From Eledone cirrhosa (Eukaryota), in NCBI GenBank assembly GCA_964016885.1, contig OZ024742.1, forward strand, positions 281,046,001-281,110,000: 64,000 nt of DNA, in the 5' to 3' direction. Each line of letters starts with the position of its first letter. Position 1 is the first letter of the stretch. The translations under genes and the position numbers were made by a program. Shown here one piece after another: positions 27,590 to 39,987 of this stretch. The notes under the pieces are model-generated. The model was not told the DNA's origin. It worked only from the letters and a program-made list of their open reading frames with translations, and did no database searches.

Positions 27590-28927
27590 TTGTGCCCATC
27601 ACCGACCAGGAAAGAAAAAATCATCCTCCACGCCAGGAAGACAGTCTTACTCTTTGACGACTCTAAATGGATAAAAAGAACCCCCGACTCACCCTTCGAC
27701 GTCAGCATGGGCGCCACGGATTCGGCGGAGGTCACAGATCTTATAGGATTATTCCTAATAGCCAAACTCACTGATATGTTTCCTGCATTCGGTGGTGGAT
27801 TGTACCGTGATGATGGGCTCCTTACCCTTAAAGGGTACAACCCCAGTAGTACAGATCGGGTCCGGAAACAATTAATCAGCTTCTTCCGCGACTGGGGATT
27901 TAAAATAACCCTACAAACGTCCCTGACCCGAGTAAACTTCCTGGACGTGACCCTCGACCTCGAAAACGACCTGTACTACCCATACAGGAAACCTAATGAC
28001 AACCTGCACTACATCCACCGCCGATCAAACCATCCTAGGAACATCACAAACAACCTGGTCAAAAACATCTCCCTCCGCATATCCCGTTTGTCAGCTAATG
28101 CGCGGATATTCCATGAACATGCGCCTTATTACAACCAGGCCCTCAAGCGGAGTGGTTTCCGGGAGGAAATATCCTACTGTCCAGCTCCCATTAGCGGAAC
28201 CAGCAGGAGACACCGCCGCTCACGCAATGTAATATGGTTCAATCCTCCCCACAACGCAGAGGTGACAACTCCCATCGGGAAACTATTATTTAGGCTCATT
28301 GAAAAACACTTCCCACTACAACACCGCTACCACAACATAATTAACAAAAATACCATCAAACTCTCTTACAGCTCTACACCAAACTTCGCACAAAACATCG
28401 TCTCCTCTAACAACAAAAAACTCAACCCCGATGGCAGAAATAACCTAAATAGCAGTGGAGAACCGACCAGGAGGTGTAACTGTCCGGATAGATCCATTTG
28501 CCCACTCGACAATAGATGCAGAGACCGTAATGTGATCTACCAGTGCAACGTGAGGACGGATACCTCCAACAAAGCCTATATAGGACTTACCGCATGTGAC
28601 TTCAAGACCCGGCTATACCAACATAGACATACCTTCCGAAACCCGGCCCGGCGTCACGCCACTACACTTTCGGGCCACATATGGGACCTCAAGGACAACA
28701 ACATCACCTATGATCTCACTTGGAGATTACTGTCCAGAGCCAATTCTTACACGGGAGGACGCCGTCCGTGCAATTTATGCTCGGAGGAAACTTTACAAAT
28801 GCTGTTTTCGACGGACCAGCTCCTAAACAAGAAAGATGAACTGGTTACTGCATGTAAACATAGATTGCGTAGGACTTACCTCGCCCTCAAACCCCATAAT
28901 GACCCGGGGGGGGGAGGGTTAGACTAG
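27590..28927 (+). CDS. PLE RT (YRDDG) plus GIY-YIG endonuclease; frameshifted RT continues upstream to ~27300
   Basis: MGATDSAEVTDL, GLYRDDG, VNFLDVTL, CNCPDRSIC, VIYQC..YIGLT..FKTRLYQH, CNLC..E..CKH; upstream TLKDHK..RLINPTKSDIG..FIQFDI. Confidence 0.85.
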   Translation: MCPSPTRKEKIILHARKTVLLFDDSKWIKRTPDSPFDVSMGATDSAEVTDLIGLFLIAKLTDMFPAFGGGLYRDDGLLTLKGYNPSSTDRVRKQLISFFRDWGFKITLQTSLTRVNFLDVTLDLENDLYYPYRKPNDNLHYIHRRSNHPRNITNNLVKNISLRISRLSANARIFHEHAPYYNQALKRSGFREEISYCPAPISGTSRRHRRSRNVIWFNPPHNAEVTTPIGKLLFRLIEKHFPLQHRYHNIINKNTIKLSYSSTPNFAQNIVSSNNKKLNPDGRNNLNSSGEPTRRCNCPDRSICPLDNRCRDRNVIYQCNVRTDTSNKAYIGLTACDFKTRLYQHRHTFRNPARRHATTLSGHIWDLKDNNITYDLTWRLLSRANSYTGGRRPCNLCSEETLQMLFSTDQLLNKKDELVTACKHRLRRTYLALKPHNDPGGGGLD

Positions 28928-30041
28928 GGCTATAACACCCCACTTGCCGATTTTGCAATGGGTAACCCCTGCTTGCCAAGGGAGACGTAAGATCTTCTTT
29001 TTATTCCTTTATCGCTTCCTTTATTTCCTTCCCCCCATCCTTCCTTAGTCCTTCTACCCCAGCTCTTCTTCTTTGTCGGCGTTTTTTCTCGCCCACCCGA
29101 GGCTGCCCTTTTGCCCCTTGTAGCCTTAGTACCCCCACCCCCTCCCCTAGTCTATGATAGATTTGGCGGACTCCGCTTTTTATAGCAGTTGGTTTAGACC
29201 CCGGATACTTGCCCCATTTTTCCGACCGCTCCCACTATTTTCCGTGCCTTCTATATTTCTTAGTGGCACTTATGCCTTATATTCTCGTTCCAGTATTTCT
29301 TTCTTCGCTTTTCTTTTGGGCGGGGTGGATCCTGAATGTATTTTTCCGTATTCCACCCTTACTTCGTACGAACTTTCATGTAGCTTGTTTAAGATCTTTT
29401 AGAGTTAGCATTAGTATATTTTTTTCGGGATTCAGAATTATTATCTCGTACTAGTTTACTTTGCTGCACTGGGTGGTTGCTGGCATTGTGCCGGGATAGA
29501 AACCTTTATTATTTGTTTCGTGGTAGTCTCTTTAGTATTTTGGCCCCACTTGTTGACCCGTCACCGTATGATTTACGTACTTATACCTCTTAAAAGGGTC
29601 CTCGCCTATACCGTCCCACCTAGTTCTTTTACTTATTTCGTTATTTCTTTATTTCTTTCTTTACTTCTTTACTTCTTTCTTTCTTTATTTATTCATTTAT
29701 CTAGCCTAACAATAGCTAGAGACTTAGGTCGTAGAATTTACTTTTTTCTTTACACTTATTCGCTTTTCTTCACTCCCAGTTTTTTTGTTTTTTTTTCTTT
29801 CATATATATTTTTACCCCTCATTGTTCTATCTACCGTTCCGACATCCTCCCCCTCCCTCTCCCCAGTATCTTCTTTGACCTCATGCCAAGCTGTAGCTGG
29901 CACTACCAACGCTTGATTGGGTCTACTCCACCCCCTCCCCTCTTTCTCCTACTGGCAGGTTTAGCCACCATCTCCCCTACTAATTTGCTATCACAGAATT
30001 ACTACTGACTTTTGACAATCACTTTGACCATATATGGAATT

Positions 30042-30135
30042 ACCCCTTGAGAAGATCGGCTATTTAAATACCAGGATAAATTTTCATTTAGTCCAGAATT
30101 AGCCGTCGAAACGGCTTGAGCTCAGCCGTCGGGGT
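30042..30135 (+). ncRNA. type I HHR in the pLTR with U3-A8 variant core (inverted copy at 27147-27240)
   Basis: ACCCC-TTGAGAA-GAtCGGCTA...TAGCCGTC-GAAAC-GGCT(tgagctc)AGCC-GTC-GGGGT. Confidence 0.65.
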
Positions 30136-30145
30136 CTTACCGGTT

Positions 30146-30211
<66 letters not shown>

Positions 30212-30539
30212 AATATACAATATACACATAAATATACATAAATATACACAAATACATATATACACGCATACACGTATACCAACAGATATGCATACAAATA
30301 TACACGCACAAAAACGAAATATACATATACACATAACCATATACACACATAGCAGTATATACAATATACACACCTATAAACTATATACAAGCATATATAC
30401 GTACGATAAAGTATACGTGCCTCCATAACCATACGGGTAAGGTATACTTACCTATACAAATAAGTAATGATATAAACATAAAATATACTTAGCCACCACA
30501 TCAAGACGTAAATTATCCGCGTATTGTTCGTACTATCCG

Positions 30540-31554
30540 TTAGGGTATAATGTGAGGCTGTAATACAGGAAGGTTTTATGCAATTTGTGTTTACAAGCCT
30601 AAATTGCCTCAGATTTTTTGTTTAAGATGTGATCATTGGCGTAGAGTATTTTCAAGGCTTCAGCGGCGCAGAGATCGCACGGACTTTTATTTCGGTTATA
30701 CGACTTAGCTTTAGCTTGGATCTCCCAGTGTAACCTATATTAGGTGTGGTTGTCTTTCAGTCTCCATATATAGGCTGAAAGTGACGTCATGTTCCTTCTT
30801 AAGGAGTTAAGAAAAGAATGGGTGTGCATGTAAAGACGCTGCTTGTATCTATTGGCGGTTAACCATATGTAGGCCCTACTAGACGTGGGCGTGCCGACCT
30901 TACTTTTGTAGACAATGTTACTGGAGAGGCATTTCCCGGATAGAGGGCAGTCAACCCAATTCTTACAATTACAGTAAGTACTAGCTACAGGGTTGCACGT
31001 GTTACTACGGCTAGGTAATTTAGCTAAATTTGAAGCAGTGATATTATTATGTCCAAAGTTAGGAATCGTAGAGTAAGATGCGTTAACGTATTGCTATTAA
31101 AAATGTTATTATATTTATATGCTGAGGGGAAATGCTTCTTAATAAGGGAGAGAAATATTTTAGCTAATGGTGTGGCCACCTTCATATTATATGGTGGGTT
31201 ATACGATATAATGCGTCGAAATCTATTTTTCCTAGGTTTATGCTCATTCTTAGTATATGCTACCTTATCGACAAATCTACACCGAGCAAGAGCTTCATTG
31301 TAGTATGTGGAATGGTCGGTGAAAATATGCTCGTTTGTAGAAAGACGAGAAAACCTCAAAGAAACGTTTCTTACCAGGTTCTTTTTTATGCTGGCAGGAT
31401 TCGAAATATTTACTTCTGCGTTCACAGATTGACTTTTTTTAGTTTCTGAATATCTGTTAAGGGTAAAGCAGCGATTCTTGCTTAATATATTTGATATATA
31501 TTTATCCTTATCGAGCCCTCTTTGGATTTTAGTCTTCGAATTTATCATTATTAC

Positions 31555-31555
<1 letters not shown>
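30540..31555 (-). mobile_element. degenerate Hydra-like PLE (RT thumb plus GIY-YIG) with inverted pLTR piece at its 5' end
   Basis: ORF 31024-31548 has KNLVRNVSLRFSRLS..YYNEAL..YNPPYN; downstream CNCKNWVDCPL..NIVYKS..YIWLT..YKQRLYMH. Confidence 0.8.
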
Positions 31556-31647
<92 letters not shown>

Positions 31648-32135
31648 CTCGTATATTTGAGCTAACGAAGTTCATATTAACAAACACACATGTGTAACAT
31701 ATGTGTGTTTGTTAATATATATTGTATATATATTGGTAGGAAATGTTGTTATTATCATTATTATTATCATCATCATCGCCATCAGTAGTAGCGACATCAA
31801 TATTTTAATATACCGAGATTGAATAACCACGTCAAAAGCATTGAATGTTTCTTGAATAGAAATATTAATTAGAAAACATCAACAATTTATAGAAGAATTA
31901 AACAATGCCGGAGGCTAGTTTAGTGGTCTTATATAGTTTTATACTTTTATTTATGAAATTCCCTCATTTTTAGATATACATAAACGAAATTATCTTTGAA
32001 AAGTTAGTTGAAGCAGTTAGTTTTATATAAATAAATATATCATTGTAGATTTTCACAAAACAACGTATAAACATATGCTCACATATTTTATCAATCAGTC
32101 GTAATTTCACTGATTATGACTTTAATTAGCTGATA

Positions 32136-32207
32136 TCCGTCATTGTCTAATAGTTAGGACTACATAGAGTGACCACGGTAACTCAAGTTCGACTCTGGAT
32201 CATGGTA
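32136..32207 (+). pseudogene. tRNA-His relic
   Basis: ccgtcattgtctaatagttaggac...ggtaactcaagttcgactctggatcatgg followed by oligo-T. Confidence 0.6.
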
Positions 32208-32695
32208 TTTAATGCGTATGCGTTTTTTTTTTAAAGTCAATATTTAGGCAGAGACATTCGTATCTTTCTCATGACAGATAAAACTAATAATTTCATATTA
32301 TGTTTCAAATATATTGTATGAAGAAATAAATATGTAGATAGACATTTTTTCTGTCTTGGGGTCATAGCCAGAAACATTTGTATACTAGAAATCCTTGAAA
32401 AAAGGAGAATATTCAGATGTGTATAAACGAAATAATTAACACTCTGCTGAAGGTTTGTTTAATGTTCCTATCTTATTTTGTTAATAATTTTAAACATTGG
32501 TTTAGGGATTTCCTTCAACTTCAGATGGACATTGACGAAGGATCTTTTCCAAAAGTCAGCTGAAGCGGTGATACATAAAGGATGAATGATTCTCTAAGGA
32601 TGTTTTGACAATACTGAAATTCAGAAAAATATATTAGCTCTAACATCTTTCATATAGCATTCTTAAATTAGGTGCATGACGAGCATTAGCTGACA

Positions 32696-32768
32696 GCCAT
32701 TATAGTCTTCAGGTTGAATACCACCATGTTGTAGTTTCGACGATCCTTGTTCAAATTATTGTTACGGA
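32696..32768 (+). pseudogene. tRNA-His relic
   Basis: ttagctgacagccattatagtct...ccatgttgtag...gttcaaattattgttacgg; upstream motif shared with other copies. Confidence 0.45.
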
Positions 32769-33057
32769 ATTAGCTAAGGCACGTTAATATTTTTTGCAAA
32801 TTTATTATGGACAGATAATTAAGTTAAACATACAAGAAAATTAATGGGAAATTTCCGCAAATAATTCATATTTAAATAAACTGCCGAGAGAACCTTAAGC
32901 CAATTAGCCTTGGAAAAGTCAATTGAAGCAGTGTTTTAGAAATAATGAGCAAATCTTTAAAGAATTTGGCAACACGCAACGTAAGAAACCTATATTATCT
33001 AACACATTTCATAGATCAGTTTTACATGTGCCGATTATTACAATTGGTAGCTAATTA

Positions 33058-33129
33058 ATCGTCATCAATTAGAGGTTAGCATCCAGCATTTTGGCCGTTG
33101 TAACCCATGCTCAACTACTTGCCACAGCA
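33058..33129 (+). pseudogene. tRNA-His relic
   Basis: cgtcatc..tagaggttagc...tggccgttgtaaccca...ccacagcagc. Confidence 0.55.
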
Positions 33130-33444
33130 GCTTATTACAAATACAAATTATTTCAAATTAATTTTTAGATAAATGAATAGATATATAAGCCACAAATGTT
33201 TAATGTGTTATTGGGAAAATTGTGTTCAACATTGAAGGAACTGAGCAACAAACGATTCCATATTCAAGAATACTCTGATCAAATATAGCATGGAAAACAT
33301 GTTCATAATTTACAAAAAAGTTAGAGTCGTAGGTTAGCACAAATCCCTAAAGCAGTAGGTTTGTGTTCAAAGAAATTCCAGCCGTGTCAATCTCAATATT
33401 GGGGCTTTTTCTAGAACTACATTATCGAATATCAGTTTATTTTG

Positions 33445-34907
33445 GATAGGATAGGGGGTAAACCAGCATTCCGTGGGGCTTCGATCAATTTGTATCAATC
33501 TAAAGCTTTCGATAGGGCCGAGCTTCAATACCTAGAGGCTGTCCTCAAGGCAGCCAGCTTGGGTCTCGTCTTCAGAAGCTGGATCGCTGCAATGATCAGC
33601 GGGGACTGCTCCGTGATCAAAGTAAAAGTCTACATTTAAGAAACGTTTCAGATAGCATGATCGGTCCGTCAAGGATGCCTTCTCTCCTCTCTTCTGTAAG
33701 TACTGACTCTCGAGCCCTTACTGTGGAAACCGGAGCTGTTGCCGGCCATCACACACGAATCGGAGCGTGGAAGAGCTGCGGCGGCATATGTGAACGACCT
33801 CTTCATGATGGAAACATATCGGAAATAGAGGTGCTCGGCATATTTTTAGAGTAATACAAAAGGTTGACAGGGGTTTGAAATTGAATCTGTGAAAATTGGC
33901 GGGTGTGCAGCTCGGCACCTGGAGAGGCAATCCATGCAGTTCAACAGCGTCGTCGGACACTGGTCTGAAGGACAAGTAAAGCTCCGCGAAAGCTGGATTA
34001 GGCCGACCTTCCAGGTTGATAAAAACTGGGACAAGATAATGAGCAGGGGGCAAATCCTAACTAGAAATGGACCGAAAGAGGGCTATCAAAGAACGGCCGG
34101 GCAGAGGTGGCCTTTAAGTGAACACCTGCTCATCAACTTCTTGTGGAATGGACACGTTCAATTGTTGAGACGGTCCAGCTCTTGCCAGCACCCTCAAGCG
34201 GAGGACCGGGTCAGCTGTAGCGAGTGAGGCGCAAAGATGCGCTATGGCTAGGGTACCACCAGATATTCCTAAATGTGTGATCACCGTTTGTCACACAAGT
34301 TTAACCGCAGCTCGTCTCTTTGAACTGAAGTCGTTGGTCAAGCGAAGATCTAGACTGGGCGCCTGGAATATGGAATGTTACCATGCAATCAATGCTCGCT
34401 ACCAGATGTCAGTGGAAATTCCACTCTAGAGTTCTATAGAGGACAAATGGTGGCAAGTGCGGCGAATATCTCGGAGATGCTCTGGACGTTTACGAAATCT
34501 AATTTACCAGTCTGTTATAGAATATTTTTGAGCCGGAGACTATGGATAACTTCAGGAAATCCCTCGCTTGGCTGCGCAACCGAGATGGGTTGGTGCTCAC
34601 CCGGTTTGAGATAAACTCTACAGACATGGTAGTGGCACCATACGGACCTCCATGTGGTGCGCGAAGTGTGACGCATACGTTCTGTACACATTCCTCCTGT
34701 GGCTGTATTCATGAATAGGTAGTCTCGGGATTGATGGGGTTCCTGTGTCACTACTTGGTGGTCCCCTATTGGGGAATTTTCTTTTTATATTTATATTGCA
34801 TATTTTTATTGATTTTCTCCTCTTTAATCGATTTTATTTTAACCCCCCCCCCCCCTTCTATCTCTGTCTATTGTATATGTTGACCCTCGTGACCAATAAA
34901 GAAATCA
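33445..34907 (+). mobile_element. old 5'-truncated Tx1-like LINE relic
   Basis: INLYQSKAFDR..YLEAVLKAA..WIAAM matches the RT of the younger copies; same 3' end aataaagaaatcatta. Confidence 0.8.
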
Positions 34908-34919
34908 TTACTCTTATGG

Positions 34920-35500
34920 ACTCGCAGTATCAGTAGAGCGTCGGACGCCATGCTTCGCAGCATAGAGATACGGCCCTTTACATTATGAGTTCAAATCCCA
35001 GAAATGTTAGCTTTGCCTTTCATCCCTACGAGGTCAATAGGATAGAGCACCAGTGATGCACTGGGGTCGATATAACTTTCCTATCTCTCCACATTATTGG
35101 CCTTGTGCCTAAAGTAGAAATCATTGAGCGTCGGGCAACATGCTTTGCAATATAGAGTTAGGGCCCTTATGATCTGAGTTCAAATCCCGCCAAGGTTATA
35201 TTTGACATTCATCCTTACGGGGTCGATAAAATAAAATACCAGTCACCGACTGGGGTGGATTTAATCGACTGTCCGCGCTCCCCAAATTACTGGCTTTGTG
35301 CATATATAAGAAACCATTGGATTGGCAGTATCGGTAGAGGGTCGGACGCCATGCTTTCCAGCATAGTTACGTCCCTTTACGATCTGAGTTCAAATCCCGC
35401 CGAGGTTGACGTTGCCTTTCATCCTTACGGGGTCAATAAAATAAAGTACCAGTAATGAACTGGGTATTTGCTGGCCTTGTGCCTAAAGTAGAAACAATTA
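34920..35500 (+). mobile_element. three head-to-tail SINE copies
   Basis: gagttcaaatccc...tttcatcc.tacg.ggtc at ~34987, 35176 and 35386. Confidence 0.8.
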
Positions 35501-35506
35501 TTATTA

Positions 35507-35537
<31 letters not shown>

Positions 35538-35538
35538 G

Positions 35539-36210
35539 ATCTTTGAGTCTCAGTCATTGATGATATTTAACTGGAAGGTTTGTTGAAATGAATATCAAGC
35601 CACTATCTGCAGCCTCAGACATTCATGACGTATCGACTGGTTCTTGCTGTTCCCAGCATGCATGCCTTTTGAAGTGTTCCAAAAAGCGGGGCTGGCCTAA
35701 TCTTCTTTAACCATCCTTGGAAATTCTTTGAGAAAGTACCTAGTGCGCCTATGACAATCGGGATGACCTTGATCTCATGGCAGTTCCAAATCCATTTTAA
35801 CTCCCACTTTATTATTTCCTCCTCGGACATCCCCTGGTCTATTGTCTTCTCCTTCAGTACAATTTTGAGCATTGGCTCCCTATTTTCAGTCACATATTTG
35901 TGCAGGTTGTTTTTCTCCATCTGAACAAAGTCCTCTAGGCTGAAAAGACCTCTTCCACCTTCAGATCTCCTTAAGTAGAGTCTATCGACATCACTCCTCT
36001 TGTGGAACATATTGTAGATAGTCAATTGCTTCCTAGTCTTCCTACCCATTTCTTTTTGTTCAGCAACATTCCATTTCAGAATTCCCGTACTGTACCTAAT
36101 AATAGACACAGCTCAGGAATTTACTGCACTTATGACATTCCTACTATTTAGATGTGATTTTAATACGCTCCTTACTCTCCGTATGTACTCAGATCTGATC
36201 AATTCCTTCA
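35539..36210 (-). mobile_element. R4/Dong-like LINE fragment (copy A), 5'-truncated and internally deleted
   Basis: ORF 35615-36109 has DVDRLYLRRSEGGRGL...IPIVIGALG..LQKA; (TAA)n at both ends. Confidence 0.85.
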
Positions 36211-36227
36211 TTATTATTATTATTATT

Positions 36228-39200
36228 GGTCTGTTCGGACGCTTTTTGCTCGCTCCCAATAAGTCGCTTTATTTGCCTGTTAACATTATTTGTTGTTAAA
36301 TATTTCTTGTGTAAGGGATATAAGCCCTTAGACTTTGGCCCAAATATTTGAACATTTTACATTTAAAAAAATTTGTTTAAAAAAAAGCATGGCTGAGCCC
36401 CCCCCCCCCCCCCCCCCCCCTCCGAAGCACGAGCTCTCGCACCGATCTTCAGCGGCTACCATGTATACGCATCTCCCAGCCGTCCAGGATCGGGAGGAGG
36501 GTTGCCGTGCTTTTTCGGAGAGGCTTGGATCTCACCATACGGGCCATCTTCCTGGACCCAGAAGGTAAGTCGGTGGTGCTGAACGTGACCGGCAGCGAAG
36601 GCAATGCTTTCAGGCTAGTAGCCGTCTACGCCCCAACAGGGGCAGGACGGCCAGATTTCTTTAGACCTCTAGAGACCTTTCTTGGAACGTCCCGCTCTTT
36701 AGTGTTAGTGGGCGACTGGAACGGTATCTTAGATGCACGCTGAGATTATGTGGGGCTAGTAGACATGGAGAGAGGGTGTAAAAGCCTCAACAATCTGCTG
36801 TATGACAGTCATAGACTGGATTATCGGAATGTGCCAATGGGGACATGGGCAAACCGCATCGGGTCATCCAGATCGTATTAGATAGGGTATTCTGTAGGGA
36901 AACAAATAAGGCTAGTGTAGGTTGTCCACAATTTAAAGTAGTCGATAATACGGACCACAAATTTGTGATCTGTGAAGTTGATTTCGATAGACTCCATAGG
37001 CAAGGGCCCGGCTCCTGGAAGCTGAACGCGTCGTTCTCGGCGCGCAAAGCTTACAGAGACCGGATTAGCGAATTAGTTAAGCGTGCGTTGACGGGTGAGA
37101 TCGTCAACAACAGGTGGTGGTTTACCATGAAAAGGGCTATTAGAGTAGAATCGATAAGGTTTAGCAAATGAGTAGTCATAGAGGAAAATAGAGTAGAAGG
37201 AGAGTTAGTTAGAAAGCTAGCAGAGGCGTTTAGGATAGGCATCGCAACCGACGTGCTTGCGGCGAAGTTGGCACCCGATCAATTCTTCAACGCAAAGCAT
37301 GAAGGCTGCGTTGTCAGAGCTAGAACGCGTGCTCTAAGACACGAGGGGACGAAAGCTGTTCAATGGGCACTGGCGGTGGAGGCGTGACGTAGCAACAAGT
37401 CCATAATTCGGTCATTGCCTGATCAAAACGGGCGCAGGGTGCTCTAACCCGAGCAGATGTGTGCGGCTTTTCAACAGCACTTTGCTCAATTGTTCGGGAG
37501 CGGCGGTGGGTCGGATCGGAGTATGGTCTTCGGTGTATACCTCGACGGACTGCAGTGCTGCGAAAAGCCGATAACAGCCGGTGAAATACGGGGTGCGATG
37601 TTTGACTGCACAAGGGGTAAATCACCAGGTTTGGATGGTCTATTCTACGAGCTTTATGCGTATATGCCAGACTTGTTCGGCGACTTCTTGGCAGAAGTCT
37701 ACTGCAACTAGCAGCAGAACGGGAGCATTCCTAGTTTTGTGAGCCCGAAAGCGGTGGCGCTGCTGAGAAAAGACCCGAACAAGGGGGACGTTATAGACAA
37801 CTTCTGGCCCATAACTCTCCTAAACGCAGAGTTTAAGATTTTGGCCAAGGTCTTAGCAAAGAGATTGGCGCTTGTTGTCGGTGATCTGGTGGGAGAAGAG
37901 CAGACATGTGCCATCCCGGACAGATCCATCCACGACAACCTCCATCTCATGCGATTCATCATAGAGAGAGTAGTTAAGGAACCTGGCGCGGGTGGGGCCC
38001 TGATAAACTTGGATCAATCTAAACCATTTGATAGGATCGACCATCGGTACCTGGCTGCGGTCCTCGAGGTGGCCGGCTTCGGGCCCGTTTTCAGGGGCTG
38101 GATCGCTGCGATGCACAGCAACATCTGCTCGATTGTGAGGGTGAATGGTCTCCTGTCGCAGCCTTTCAGCATCATGCGCTCGGTCCACCAGGGTTTCCCC
38201 CTCTCGTCCCTCTTGTACGTACTTGCCCTAGAGCCTTTACTACACCAATTGGAGACGGTGATAGGGGTCCCACGCGAATTGGGATGCGGGAGATCCGTGT
38301 CAGTTTAGGCCGACGACGTCACCGTGGTGGTGTCAAGCAACAAATAAGTCCAGATACTCGGTACCGCTCTCAAGGAATACGAAACGGTGACAAGAGCAAA
38401 GATAAACCAGGAAAAGTCGGTGGCCTTGCAGCTCGGCACCTGGAGAGGCAATCCATGCCGTCCGACAGCGTCGTGGGGGGCTGGACGGAAGGACCGGTTA
38501 AATGGCTCGGGGTCTGGTTCGATACGGAGCGAGGTGACGAGCAGGGTGACCTCCCTCACCCAGAAATGGGCCGAGAGGAGGCTGTCTCTGAAAAGTCAGG
38601 AGGAGGTGGCGAATGCCTACATAGCGTCCTTCATCTGCTACCGCCTGACCGTCGTACCCTGCCCCCGCCCAAGTCAGACCAAAAGGGAGAGCCTTCTCTT
38701 CCGCTTTTTGTGGAAGGGACCTGCTCCCATGGTCAGACGATCCATTTGCTATCAACACCCGTTGCATGGATGACTAGGCATGCCGTGGTTGATGATGCGC
38801 AAACATGCACTGAGGCTGCGACATCTCTGGTGCTTCCTTGACGGTGAACAGGTGTGGTCGCCGTTTGCTTGACACGCTTTTCCCCAGCTCGTCTCCTTGA
38901 CGGAGCTGCAGTCCTGGATCTGGAAAAGACCGAGGGATAGCGCTTGGAAGCTGGAATGTCTCCAAGCGTTCACCGCCCTCTACAGGCTGGGCACTAGTAT
39001 TGGTGGAACATCCACATCGGCGTTCTATAGAGGGCTAGTGGAGGGAAAGTGCGACGACGTTCTCGGGGAGACCCTAGGCGTCGAAGACGATCAGTTGTTC
39101 GCTCTCTTCAAGAGAACTTTCAAACCGGGGCCTATGGACAACTTCCAGAAAGCCCTGGCCTGGCAGTGCTACCGGGGAGCGTTGCCGGTTCGGGATAAGC

Positions 39201-39915
39201 TCTTCAGGAACGGTGGTGCTGTCAGCCGTTCCTGTCCGAGATGCGCACAGGGCGACGAAACCGTCCTGCACGCACTCGTTCAGTGCCCGAGGATTGCTGA
39301 CTTGTGGAGCTATGTTGAACAGCTGCTGTCGCGTGTAGGTCGGATCCGGTTATCGACTGAGTCCATTGTGTAGATAGTCCCGCCATCCTCCTTTAAAGAG
39401 GAGGAAGGGCAGGCAGTTTTCATCTGCCTGGTGGCCATGACGAAAGATATTGTGTGGTGGACAAGATTGAAAGAGTTGAAGACGGACACTTTCCGCTCCG
39501 GCCAATCCCTGATTAACTTTTTCAAGTTTCACTTGAAGAGGAAAATCAGAGTGGAAAGGCAAGTGTTGTCTTCTAGTAAGTTTGCTGAAAGGTGGGTGAA
39601 TGTGGCGAGTCTGATCCGAGTGAACGAGTCCGCTCTGAGTATATGCCTGTAGACTGAGGAGTGGGAAAAATGAGAGAGGGCGCTTGCCCTGGTGGTCAAG
39701 GTGGCCGTGGTTGTTTGTGTAGTTTTCACCACGAGTGACCCTCGGTGTTTTCCCCCTTCTTGGGGAATTTTTATTGTTTGAATGTTTTTTGATTTCTAGC
39801 TCGATTTTGTTAAAACATGTTTACACGACCAAAACCCACTTTGAATCGTCCTGTACTGTTCTGTGCCGATTCTAAAGTTTTTCTTCGCGTCAGCCCTTGT
39901 GGCCAATAAAGAAAC

Positions 39916-39916
<1 letters not shown>
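36228..39916 (+). mobile_element. Tx1-like LINE (copy 1), ORF1 deleted and ORF2 disrupted
   Basis: APE (VYAP, LVGDWN, TDH), RT (SPGLDGL, PITLLN, QGFPLS) and CPRC..ETVLHALVQC zinc finger; begins GG, ends aataaagaaacc, flanked by (ATT)n. Confidence 0.9.

Positions 39917-39986
<70 letters not shown>

Positions 39987-39987
<1 letters not shown>

Larger units (their letters stand above)
27053..30150 (+). mobile_element. Penelope-like retroelement, 5'-truncated, with inverted 5' pLTR, inserted in (TA)n; Hydra-clade-like
   Basis: RT plus C-terminal GIY-YIG ORF; ~27132-27297 is inverted relative to ~29985-30150; CxCx5C linker and CxxC...CxH tail. Confidence 0.9.

Noticed and set aside
29154-30008. 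Hydrophobic membrane-protein-like ORFs
   Set aside because: T-rich 3' region of the PLE; compositional artefact.
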